Source: Naegleria gruberi (lineage: Eukaryota). From it: a DNA stretch of 64,000 bases. Every line of letters starts with the position of its first letter. Position 1 is the first letter of the stretch. Below, one piece after another: positions 31,903 to 41,892 of the stretch. The DNA is taken from NCBI GenBank assembly GCA_000004985.1, contig GG738856.1. The stretch is one strand, 5' to 3'. The notes under the pieces are model-generated. The model was given only the letters and a program-made list of their open reading frames with translations, was not told the DNA's origin and did not search any database. The translations under genes were made by a program, and so were the position numbers.

Positions 31903-33042
31903 ATGAAAAAAAGTCAACCAGCATCAATAGCCGAAACTCTCGCAAATCGTCAAGAGGAAATTCTTTTGAAACTTAAACTGACCAACAAGAGAACACTCGA
32001 CACTTCACAGAAATCAATTCTTCAACCTGGTGAATGGATCAAGGCAATTCCCTTTCCTCCAAGTAAAAGTTGGATGCGACATTTAACAGAGGATTTATTT
32101 GTTGGAGGTGATGGTAATGAGTCGGTGATTTTCCGATTGGATATCGATGGCTTGATAGACAAGGAGAAATCTCTAGGATACTGTGATAATGTTGTTGAGG
32201 TTGTTAGTGAGCTGAAAGGAAGTTTTTATTCTCTGATTTCGGATTATTACCTTGTAACGTCCCGTGCAAATAAGGATGGGAAACGAGAGGATCATTATGT
32301 GTATGATTGGAGAAGTGGGAGGATGGTTTTTAATTTGATTGGATTTCCTGCAGGTAGAATTCTTTCGTTTGTTGCAATTTATAAGAATGGCTATTGTGTG
32401 GCGATGAGTTCAGATCAAACAGATGGTGGTAATTGTAAAATACACTTGATTAACATGATGGAAAAGAAGAAGGAAAGGATTTATATTCAATACTCAATCA
32501 AACATTCAGCTAGGGAAGGCTTTATGTGTCTAACAACTTTTGAAGCTACTGGAAATAGAATAGTTATGATACTATCAGAAAAACCACATGTTTTCAAATG
32601 GGATTTGAAGGCAGGAAAATTGAGGGAGGAATATGTGATTGAGGATCTTCCTTTTTGTTTTACAGGATGTATGATTGATAAGGATATTGCTGTGTTTCAA
32701 GGCAGCAACACTTTAGTTTACAATTTAGAAACAAAACAATTACTGAAAAATATTCCAAATGTTGTACGTACTGATATTCAACATGTTGGATTGGATTCAT
32801 TATGGTTAGTTAGATCTAATTTTTTAAATTATAAAAGTGGAGAAATAGTAGAGATGCCCTATAAGAGTGCAGACTATAGCTCACTTTTCCAATACAAAGA
32901 TAAACTATTGGTATTAGGTCATAAGAAATTCGGTGTTGTTACTGAAGTGACTAAGGTTCTTAAAGAAGTTCACTCCATACAGGAGTTCAATAAGAAGGCA
33001 CTTGCCATATTTTCAGATATTAGAGTAATAAATCAAAATTGA
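31903..33042 (+). CDS. Hypothetical protein, possibly beta-rich/propeller-like; no domain recognised.
   Basis: A long ORF with an ATG in an aaaaaaATG context. No motif was identified. Confidence 0.45.
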   Translation: MKKSQPASIAETLANRQEEILLKLKLTNKRTLDTSQKSILQPGEWIKAIPFPPSKSWMRHLTEDLFVGGDGNESVIFRLDIDGLIDKEKSLGYCDNVVEVVSELKGSFYSLISDYYLVTSRANKDGKREDHYVYDWRSGRMVFNLIGFPAGRILSFVAIYKNGYCVAMSSDQTDGGNCKIHLINMMEKKKERIYIQYSIKHSAREGFMCLTTFEATGNRIVMILSEKPHVFKWDLKAGKLREEYVIEDLPFCFTGCMIDKDIAVFQGSNTLVYNLETKQLLKNIPNVVRTDIQHVGLDSLWLVRSNFLNYKSGEIVEMPYKSADYSSLFQYKDKLLVLGHKKFGVVTEVTKVLKEVHSIQEFNKKALAIFSDIRVINQN

Positions 33043-33161
33043 AATAGTTATTGTGGCAAGATAGATTTCTTCTTTGTAAAAACAAGGGTAGAAGTTGGAT
33101 TTTTGTGATCAAGTAACAATTAGATCTCTCGGCAATTTTCTTCTTTCAATGTAGAATTCAA

Positions 33162-34283
33162 TTAATATCTTCTTGGATTCTTGGATTTTTTAAAGTACTT
33201 TTTAACATGATTTCTGGAGATCAAGTCGGCTTGGTAAATTGGTTCAGGAATACTCTTCAAAGAGCAACGTTTAACAATGCTAACTGCTGTATCCAAACAA
33301 ACCCTATGCCCTGGACTAATATATACATTTGTGATATTATCTGTTTTCAAGATACATCCAATTCTCTTCTCTGAATCAATATCTATATCAATACATTCTC
33401 CCTTCCTGGTCAATTGTTGCTCCAACCCATCAATATATTCATCGGTCAATCCCTTTACCATTAAAATCTTCTTTGCTACTCCAATTGTTGGAATATTCTC
33501 GACCACTCCTAGGTGACATGCAGATCCGAAACCTCTTTGGTGCAAATGGCCATTACCATCAACGAGAATAACTTGTGGCATCATGTGTGGAACCTTGTTT
33601 CTTACATTCTCTATTAATCGTTGAATATGTGGAACTTCTCTAAAAGCTAAATATCCAGCAATGTAAGGCAATGTCATTTCAACTTGTTCGCTTTCTTCGT
33701 GAACTATTTTCAAATCAGGAAATGAAAGAACAATCAAAGTAGCAATAGCTCTATTACTATTCCCATTTTCAAAACTAATATCTACTCCTCCAATTAATTT
33801 CAATGTCTTGTCTAGATTCTTTGGATCAAAGGTCAAGTTGTGATCACGTAAAATCATTTGCCTCTTCAAGTTGTATTGTTCTGTTTTCCAGCCACTGTAG
33901 TCAAAGCCATTATTGTGATTGCTTTTACCATCATTGCTGGCTCTCATTTTGTTGCTACTGGATGAAACTGAACTGGTAGATGATGAATTGGACTCGTGTG
34001 ACACTTTTTGTCCCATAAAGTTTCTCTTTTTAACTGTGTCAATTGACTCGGTTGATGGAGTTGTCTTTGAGGATTGATTGGAACTAACAACTGATGACGA
34101 TTTTGCCAAAGGTTTCTTATTAACATTGCTACTTTGATTTGATGATGAATTTGCTTGCACGGATTTAAACGAATATTTGCTACTTCCATTATTATTATTA
34201 ATATTATTATTAGGAGAAGTATTATTTGATGGTGCTGATGAAGTAGAATTGCCATTGGCAACGATAGAAACCCAAGAAGACAT
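33162..34283 (-). CDS. Endonuclease V (nfi family) with a roughly 130-aa Ser/Asn-rich N-terminal extension.
   Basis: LIGGVDISF, LPYIAGYLAFREVP, ILVDGNGHLHQRGFGSACHLGV and PTIGVAKK match the conserved EndoV blocks (catalytic Asp, the HPR(r)GLA motif, and the G.AK motif). Confidence 0.75.
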   Translation of the reverse strand: MSSWVSIVANGNSTSSAPSNNTSPNNNINNNNGSSKYSFKSVQANSSSNQSSNVNKKPLAKSSSVVSSNQSSKTTPSTESIDTVKKRNFMGQKVSHESNSSSTSSVSSSSNKMRASNDGKSNHNNGFDYSGWKTEQYNLKRQMILRDHNLTFDPKNLDKTLKLIGGVDISFENGNSNRAIATLIVLSFPDLKIVHEESEQVEMTLPYIAGYLAFREVPHIQRLIENVRNKVPHMMPQVILVDGNGHLHQRGFGSACHLGVVENIPTIGVAKKILMVKGLTDEYIDGLEQQLTRKGECIDIDIDSEKRIGCILKTDNITNVYISPGHRVCLDTAVSIVKRCSLKSIPEPIYQADLISRNHVKKYFKKSKNPRRY

Positions 34284-34841
34284 TTTTTTAAAGTTTGAAC
34301 TCGAAGGAAATTACTTCCGATTTCTTTCCTTTCATCACTTGTAAATGTGAATAGTACTAATAAAAATTGTAATTAAATAATATCATAGTATTCCTTGGCT
34401 TAAACTCATCATAGTGATAAGTCGTGAAAGAAGGGTTGAATTGGAATCCAATATAAGCGGACTATTACTCATACTCCTCAAACGGACAATAAGGATGCTC
34501 TATTATTCTACTGCAAGTAAGTCTTAGCCAGCAGCAATATTGAGGTGATGATCATTTGGTATTTTTTTCAGCAAGAAAAGAGCAGAACGTTATCGTGCGC
34601 ATCAAAGAAAAACAGAGTTTCAACTTTTTGATAGTGAGAAGCGATTCATCTTCTTGATTATCATTGCGTTTTTCTAATTTGTTAGGGTCGCATTGTGAGA
34701 CTTTGTGTGATTTTTATATATACAAAATTTAATATATATTATTATTATTTATTTAAATACATATTTTACGTAGTAGAATAGTGGAAATAATTATTATTAT
34801 TATTGGTAGCAGTAGGAATTGTATTATTAATTTATTAAAAC

Positions 34842-37800
34842 ATGTTGACTGAAAATAATAATTATCAATCATCGGCAGCAGTTAGTTCTTCCTCTTCATC
34901 ATCAAAGAGACATCAACATCATGATGATGACGACAATGATTATGATGATAAATTTAAAAAGTTTTCTGATCCGACAGAGGCTGCCAAACACACTTTCAGA
35001 TCACTTGATCGAGTTCCAGGATCATCATTCACAATCAGATCTAATAACAATAATACCACTTCTGATAATAATAACAATGAAAATAATCCAATTGATAGTG
35101 GCTTTGGACAGAATCAAAGGAAATTCCCAGAAAAACCATCAGCACACAGAACACCACTACAACAAGTGGGTGACTTTTTCAATAGTTTGATATTCAGTTT
35201 ACTCTATGTTACTGCTGACACAAAGAAGAGATTTTATAGTTTCCTTGTTGGTCTGATTACTATTGCTATTGTTGTGTTTGTTGTCAGTATATTGTACAAT
35301 TCAATTCTGAAAGCAAATTTAATCTTCTTGAAATTATCTGAGGACAATGTTGGAGATGCTGATATAATGTTTACACCAAAATTCACAAATTTAACAACTA
35401 TACCTTTTATTAACAATACCGAGATTAGTGAAAAATTAGCTAATAGTCCTTATATTACTGGCACAACCCCTCGTTGGATTATATTTGCCAATCTACAGAA
35501 TAGAGATCAACCTCAAAAGAATATTAGTGGACTTCTCTTGATTTTGGATACTGAGAGAGAAGAACAATTGGGAATTGGTAGAATATGGCCATACAGACCT
35601 CTTGGAGAAGGAGAAATTCATGTGAGAGATTCTATATTGCGAGCCATTGATGTGAAGCCAAATAGAGGGCAGAGAACTAATCTTGTAATTGATTTTGCCA
35701 GTTTGGCCAGTGCATTCTCTGGAAGTACTGAAGCCATACAGAATGGTGTGGATCCAACTCAACAAAATTTCGATCAAGCTCAATTATTGAGATCTCTTTT
35801 CATTTAAACTTAAAAGTGAAGGGTGAATCTTCTGTTGTTGATTCTATCACCTCCAATTATGCCAAATATCCAAGTGCTCTTGGTAACGTAATGATTATTG
35901 ACAGTCACTATGTAGGTCAAATAATTGAAGAGTCACTATTTGCCTCGCCCTCTACGCAGTTACTTTTGGAAATTACAGGAAATACTCAAAAAATCAAAAA
36001 CTTTTTCAAAACTTTCCCAATAGAACAGTACAGTTTAACTCTAGCAGGTCGACTGAAAGACAGATTCCCAACCTATCTCAAGAGTGATAATGAAAGAAAA
36101 CAAGCAGTTATTGGCATTACCAATGGTATGATGGATAGTATTGGAGTTGCTTATCCAGTCACTTACACTCTTCCACTTTTGAGTGCTTTAGATGGTACCA
36201 AATTTATTTCATTATTTATTGATCAAATCTTTATTGGAGTTGTTGTCATGTTAGCCATTTTGGGTATCATTTTGATTTTTGCCCTCCTTTTGGCCAATGT
36301 TGAGGAGAAAACCTATGAATATGGTATGTTGAGAGCCCTAGGTCTTCGTCAGTATTCTCTTATTCAGGTCATTTTGGCTCAATCCATGTACTTTGCCATA
36401 CCTGCCATCATTATTGCCATGGTACTTGCCTTCTTGGTAAATATTTTGGTTGAGTATGTATTACAAGTTGTTATCAGCACTCCAAGCTTGAATTTGTACT
36501 TCTTCTGGGCTGCAGTTGTAGTTCCAATTGCTCTTGGTTTTGGTATTCCTATTATTGCTAACGTTATTCCAATTAGACATGCTATGAGCAGAACTTTGAG
36601 AGATTCACTTGACATTGCCCATCAAACTTTCAATGAAACCACTGTCAAAATGATCAAACTTGAAGAATTAGGATTGGAACCATGGCAAACTGGTGTATCT
36701 ATTTTATTGGTTATTATTGGTTTTGTAGTTTACTATATGATTCCATATTCATTTATTTTCACTGATCTCCCACTCTTCTTCTTTATTTTGAATGCTATTC
36801 TATTGGGTATGCTTGTTGGATTGTGTATTATTGCTGTCGTATTAGAACCATTCTTTGAGAAGATTATATTGAATTTAATCTTGTGTGGACCTGAAAGAAA
36901 ATTGAAGACTTTAATTTCCAAGAATTTGGCTGGTCACCGTAAACGTAGTAGAAAGACCTTCCTCATGTTTACACTCTCAGTTGCCTTTATTGTTTTTGCT
37001 GGTGTTGTCTTTTCATTGCAATCAGCTAATATTCGTGCAAATGTTGAGGCTTTCCTTGGTGCAGATATTGTTGTCATTTCAACCAATTCACGTTATTCAC
37101 TTCCTAAAGACAAACTCAATGAAGCTATTGCACTCCAAAACAGTAGAAACAAAACGATAGAAGCACCAGTTAAGGGACATGCCTACCAATCATTCAGTAT
37201 TGCTAATATTCCGTTCTTTACTGGTTCTAGATTCTCCTCACTTGCCTATTTCCCTAACAGAAGAGTTGTTTATAATGCAGTGGACAGAAACTTTTTGAGT
37301 GTTGTCAAGAGCAAGTACTTCCTCTACACATACATTGATTCAAGTTTCACGTACAATATCACAGATGAGAAACCAGATGTTTTCCAAAGTTTGTACGATA
37401 ATGCAGGACAAGCTCTTGTTGATGGAGAAAAGGTTGGATTCGCACCAAGTATTGTATACAGTGGTGTAAAACTCAATTTCGAAGACAATTATACCTTAAC
37501 CTTTGATCCAGCCTCTCAATACTCACAATACATTGATATTGTAGCTTCTGAAGCTATGAGACCATCTGTTGGTATTGGAATTAAGACTCCAACCGATTTG
37601 AGATTCTCTGGCATCAATAGTAAGACAGGAACTCAAAATTATGTAGATTTTATTGGCAAGTCAAGATGCCTTGCCTATAAGGTCCCTGGTTTCTTCTATT
37701 CTTCATATGAACTTACTGCTTCTGGTTCTCCTGTTATTATTACTATGGATGCATACAAGAAAATTGCAAGATCAGTCGCTAAATCAGTTGGTCTCACTAC

Positions 37801-38377
37801 TTATAATGATGAAGTTTACTATCAAAAGCTCTTTATCAAGCTCAAAGATGAAATTACAACCTTTGAAGTACAAGACGTTTTCAATGCCTTACAAGCTTCT
37901 GTTAGTTCTGATTTCACAAGTATTCAAAATGTCAGAGATTTGGTTGGTAGTACAGAGACTGCTACACTTGTCCTTATGGCTTTCTTCAACATTGTTGCTG
38001 CTATTGCCATCATTTTGTGCTTCTTCATGTTGGCTGTTTCATTCACTGCTAACGTTAGAGATAACTCTTGGGAATTTGGTGTGTTGAGATCTATTGGTTT
38101 GTCTGTCAATGCACTCATTCGTGCCTATATTTATGAAGCTCTTTGCTTGGTCATTTCGGCCTTTATTTCTGGTACTGTGATTGGTTGTGTAATTGCCTTG
38201 ACATTAACAGCTCAGTTCAACTTGTTCTTGGAGATGCCGTTCCAATTCGATTTCCCATACTACCTCTTCTTCTCTATTCTTATCATGGCTCTCATTTGTG
38301 CCATTCTGGGTAGTTACTTGCCTGCTAGAAATTTGAGAAAGAAGGAAATTGCTCTCGTCATTCGTGGAGCTGAATAA
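34842..38377 (+). CDS. FtsX-like permease family (DUF214, MacB/LolE-type) protein with two FtsX 4-helix domains. The coding sequence is split into two ORFs, 34842..35807 and 35816..38377, by an apparent frameshift near 35730-35810.
   Basis: ORF 1 has an N-terminal TM (FLVGLITIAIVVFVVSILY) and the start of a large extracytoplasmic loop. ORF 2 continues the loop, then FtsX domain 1 (ILGIILIFALLLANVEEKTYEYGMLRALGLRQYSLIQVIL...), a second loop, and FtsX domain 2 (IVAAIAIILCFFMLAVSFTANVRDNSWEFGVLRSIGLSVNALIRAYIYE...). The reading frames overlap open for about 75 nt with no intron signals. Confidence 0.6.
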
Positions 38378-38378
38378 A

Positions 38379-40134
38379 TCAATCTTCATAAAAGGTACTA
38401 TATGTATTGTCCAAAAGATCATTCCCCTTAATTATCGAAAAACATTGGTTCGACAAATTAACACAATCCAACATGGGAAAAATTGCATTCTCATATCTAC
38501 ATACAACCTTGCACAAACAAGATAACCATTTAGGAAATCCCATATCTCTTGCCTCTTGATAAACATCAGTATCCTTATCTGCAGAATAACAACAGCAACA
38601 AGTTCCACACCAACACAACGCTATTAGGCAACCATTGCAAAGACCACACAATCTAGATGTACAACATATTTTTGAGTAGCACTTGTCAACAGATCCAGAT
38701 ACAGTCCAAATTTTCAGCTTTACACATTTTTTTTCAATAGCTTGTGACACTTTCATACTAGGAATTGTTGGAAAGTAATAGTGGTGAGAAATGATTACAG
38801 ATTTTTCTCTCTTGAAGATAATCCTCTCAAATTGAATTTCAATCTTATCTTCACTGGTAGAGGTGGAGAATGTTTCATTCTTCTTTTCAATGTTACATTG
38901 TTCTTTTAGCATTTCTTTTGCATAATCACTCATTTCTAGTCCAGAATTGTAAATGTGTCTAAAGAATAGTTCTAAGAGTTTGATTCTTTGGCTATTATTT
39001 AAGGTTTCAAGGGAGACCAATGTGAGAAATTCAGGAAGAATATGAGCCTTAACATTCATGCCAAAGTGGTTATCTTTGAATGACAACTCTGCACTTGTCA
39101 AGCCTTGTTGAGGATGATTTCTCAAAACAATAGGTTTGGTCATATTCTTGATAAATCTTTCCATAATAAAATGATATTTCCTCTCTTGGTTTTGGATTTA
39201 AAAACACATAATGACGTCTGTTTTCTGTGCAAACAATGGAAGTTTCACAGCTAATTTTATCTTTGATAGAGTGATGTAAAGCATAATGTTTAAACTGAAA
39301 GTGTAGAATGGTCTTTCGACAAAGTCGAAACGGATTCATTTTCATATTCTTATCAATGAGCGGTTTTTGCATCCACTCTCCATACAGATCCCTCAACCCT
39401 ATGTGATTCGATACATCTGCTAATAGTTCTTTCCCCTTATTATAATAAAATAATTTGGGAGATGTTGTTGCCAGCTCACTATTCAAAGGTTGACAGTCAT
39501 CAATCGATTTTCCTGACATTATACTTTCCAAATCATCTAACAGATTGTTATCATTAAAATTAAACTCGTACTCTATTTCATCCTCAGATAGTCTTCTGCA
39601 TTGGCTGCCCAAAATTTTTTCCATTATTTCTATAAAACTGTTGGTACTCGTTTCAATATTTTCAGAATTATTTCTATTCTCTTTACCTGGAATGAATATT
39701 TGAAAATAAAGCCTAGGTAAGTAAACACTCTCAATTCTTTCCAACAACTTTTGACTTCTTATTGCTTCCTTAACTGATGCAGCAATTGATTCTTCTTTCG
39801 TTTGAATTCCAATGCTCAAAGATGATGATGACAATGAGGAATTTCCTCTAAATACATTATTAAATAATCGGCATGTTATTCTTAATGATTGAATTTCATA
39901 GGAGCCTCTATTAGGACAATAGGAAAGAATTGAATCGAGTGAATCATGATCCAACTCTATAATATTACATCTTTTCATTGTGTATACACGATTATCATCC
40001 GAAAAAGATTGATACAGAGGAAGATCGTGATTATGTCTACTATTCTCTATAATTGTTGTTACTATCAGCTTATTTTCTTCATCTTCATCAAAAGGAAGAA
40101 TGGGAAGAATTCTATTCTCGGGACATGAAATCAT
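38379..40134 (-). CDS. Hypothetical protein with a C-terminal Cys-cluster region. It is annotated as two overlapping same-strand ORFs (40134..39070 and 39164..38379). They are probably one gene with a frameshift or unrecognised intron.
   Basis: The two ORFs overlap by about 95 nt in different frames on the same strand, which is impossible for independent genes. The second carries CYSKICCTSRLCGLCNGCLIALCWCGTCCCCYS. No domain was assigned. Confidence 0.35.
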
Positions 40135-40296
40135 TTTTTTCTAAAAAGATTTAAATGTCTCCTATAAATTTTTTGTAAAGCAACATAAATATTTAATAAA
40201 TCTCCTACCCTTTCAATATCAAAGAGAGGCGCTCTTATTTTCGCCGTCGTTCAAAATTAAAAAGCTTTCGCCTGTTTTTTTTGACCTTAAAAAGAC

Positions 40297-40304
40297 TATA
40301 AATA
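40297..40304 (+). promoter_or_regulatory. TATA box (TATAAATA) about 55 nt upstream of the micro-gene ATG.
   Basis: gactataaatagcctc lies at 40294-40309. Its spacing to the ATG at 40358 fits a core promoter. Confidence 0.45.
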
Positions 40305-40357
40305 GCCTCAATAGAACCTCTCTGCTTCTCAATAATCAATTAAGAAAAAAACAAACA

Positions 40358-40613
40358 ATGTGTTACGAAACAACTTGTAATAAGTGTGGAAAGAAGACCT
40401 GGGGCGGTGAGTTATCAAGATAGACTAGATAATATTGATGATTTTGATATGTAATTTAATATTAGGATGTGGAATGCACAAGGAAGCTGTATGTTTATTT
40501 AAATTAAATTTTCTTATATATGCTATTAATATTTTTGTAATTGCTGATTATTTTCGGAATAGGTCATGAGAAATATTAAGCCAGAAGACAAATGTACCTG
40601 CCCAAGAAATTAA
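40358..40613 (+). CDS. Micro-gene encoding a 40-aa Cys-rich (putative zinc-binding) peptide in 3 exons: 40358..40406, 40466..40488 and 40563..40613.
   Basis: The hand-spliced product is MCYETTCNKCGKKTWG|GCGMHKEA|VMRNIKPEDKCTCPRN*. Donors are GTGAGT and GTATGT, acceptors are ..attag and ..gaatag, and the phases close exactly. An upstream TATA box is present. This gene is not in the ORF track. Confidence 0.5.
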
Positions 40614-40831
40614 CATCTATAGAAGAAAAGAGAACAATTAAACCCAAATAAAACACTTAAAATTAAAAGAAATACTTCCAACATGCAAGGTTCACCATCA
40701 TCATCATTTCATCCTTAGGAAAATTCATAAGAACTCTTTATTGTAAAGTGTAATTGAGAAGTAGTATCAATTTACATATTTGAATACTATTACTTCTCAA
40801 TAGTTGCGGAAAATAAAATTCATAAAAAAAA

Positions 40832-41755
40832 ATGTATCCACATCATCAACCACCACCACATCATCGTGATGAAGATCCTAGAATGATGATGAATTTTGGA
40901 GGTAAACCTTCCTCTTCCTCTTCAGGATCATTGGAAGAAAAAACACAATTTATGAAACAAACTGTATTGATGGAATGGCATGATGTGTGTATGTTGATTG
41001 GAGTGCATGATAGAACCAATATTGAAAAGTGGTGGCTGATTATTCAACAAGCCTATGATGGAACTGGAGTTTATGATCATGAGGAAGTAAAGAAGAATTT
41101 GGAAAATTCGGAAGAGGTGAAACATGACAGATTCTATCATACAACCATGCACTTGTTTCACTTGTTGATTCAATTTAGAGATTTGTGTCAACAGGATAAG
41201 TGGATGAGTGTTAGTAGATCCGATTCTGCTGTGGTGAGGTTGGCTATTTTCTTCCACGATATTGTCTATGATGTGAAGAGAAAAGACAATGAATCAAGAA
41301 GTGCCAAATTATTTGCAGAAGCTTTTATTAATGATGTTAAACCAAGAAGTTTGAGTGAGGGGGAGATTAAAAGAGTGGTGTTTTTCATTGAATGTACAGC
41401 AAGTCACTTGTCACATCAAGACAAGGACGACAAGATGTTAAAATACTTTTTAGATTTTGATTTGGCTGTATTGGCCTATAATACACCAAAGGAGGACGAT
41501 CAATACTTTAAAGATTTCTTTATTCAGTGGAATAACAAGGAAGAATTGTTACAAAGTCACTATGTCAAGAGTTATGTAGATAATGTCAGAAAGGAATATT
41601 CTTGTTATAGTGATGAAGAGTTTGCTAAGGGAAGATCTGGATTTTTGAAGAAAATGCTTTCATATGAACACATTTTCTATTCACCAGCATTGAGAGAACG
41701 TTACGAAAAGCAAGCTATGGAAAATATGAAATGGGAATTGACTCTTTATGAATAA
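40832..41755 (+). CDS. HD-domain metal-dependent phosphohydrolase family protein.
   Basis: FYHTTMHLFHLL (H..H), FFHDIVYD (the HD motif) and DFDLAVL (a downstream Asp) occur in HD-superfamily order. Confidence 0.55.
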   Translation: MYPHHQPPPHHRDEDPRMMMNFGGKPSSSSSGSLEEKTQFMKQTVLMEWHDVCMLIGVHDRTNIEKWWLIIQQAYDGTGVYDHEEVKKNLENSEEVKHDRFYHTTMHLFHLLIQFRDLCQQDKWMSVSRSDSAVVRLAIFFHDIVYDVKRKDNESRSAKLFAEAFINDVKPRSLSEGEIKRVVFFIECTASHLSHQDKDDKMLKYFLDFDLAVLAYNTPKEDDQYFKDFFIQWNNKEELLQSHYVKSYVDNVRKEYSCYSDEEFAKGRSGFLKKMLSYEHIFYSPALRERYEKQAMENMKWELTLYE

Positions 41756-41892
41756 TTTGTATATATATTATATTATTTGTTAGATTACTTGTAATATTAA
41801 TGTAATTAATTTATTTCGATATTTATTAGCTATTTATTATTAATAATATGAAAATTTAGAATTATTTCAATATAATTATTTATTAAATATTA

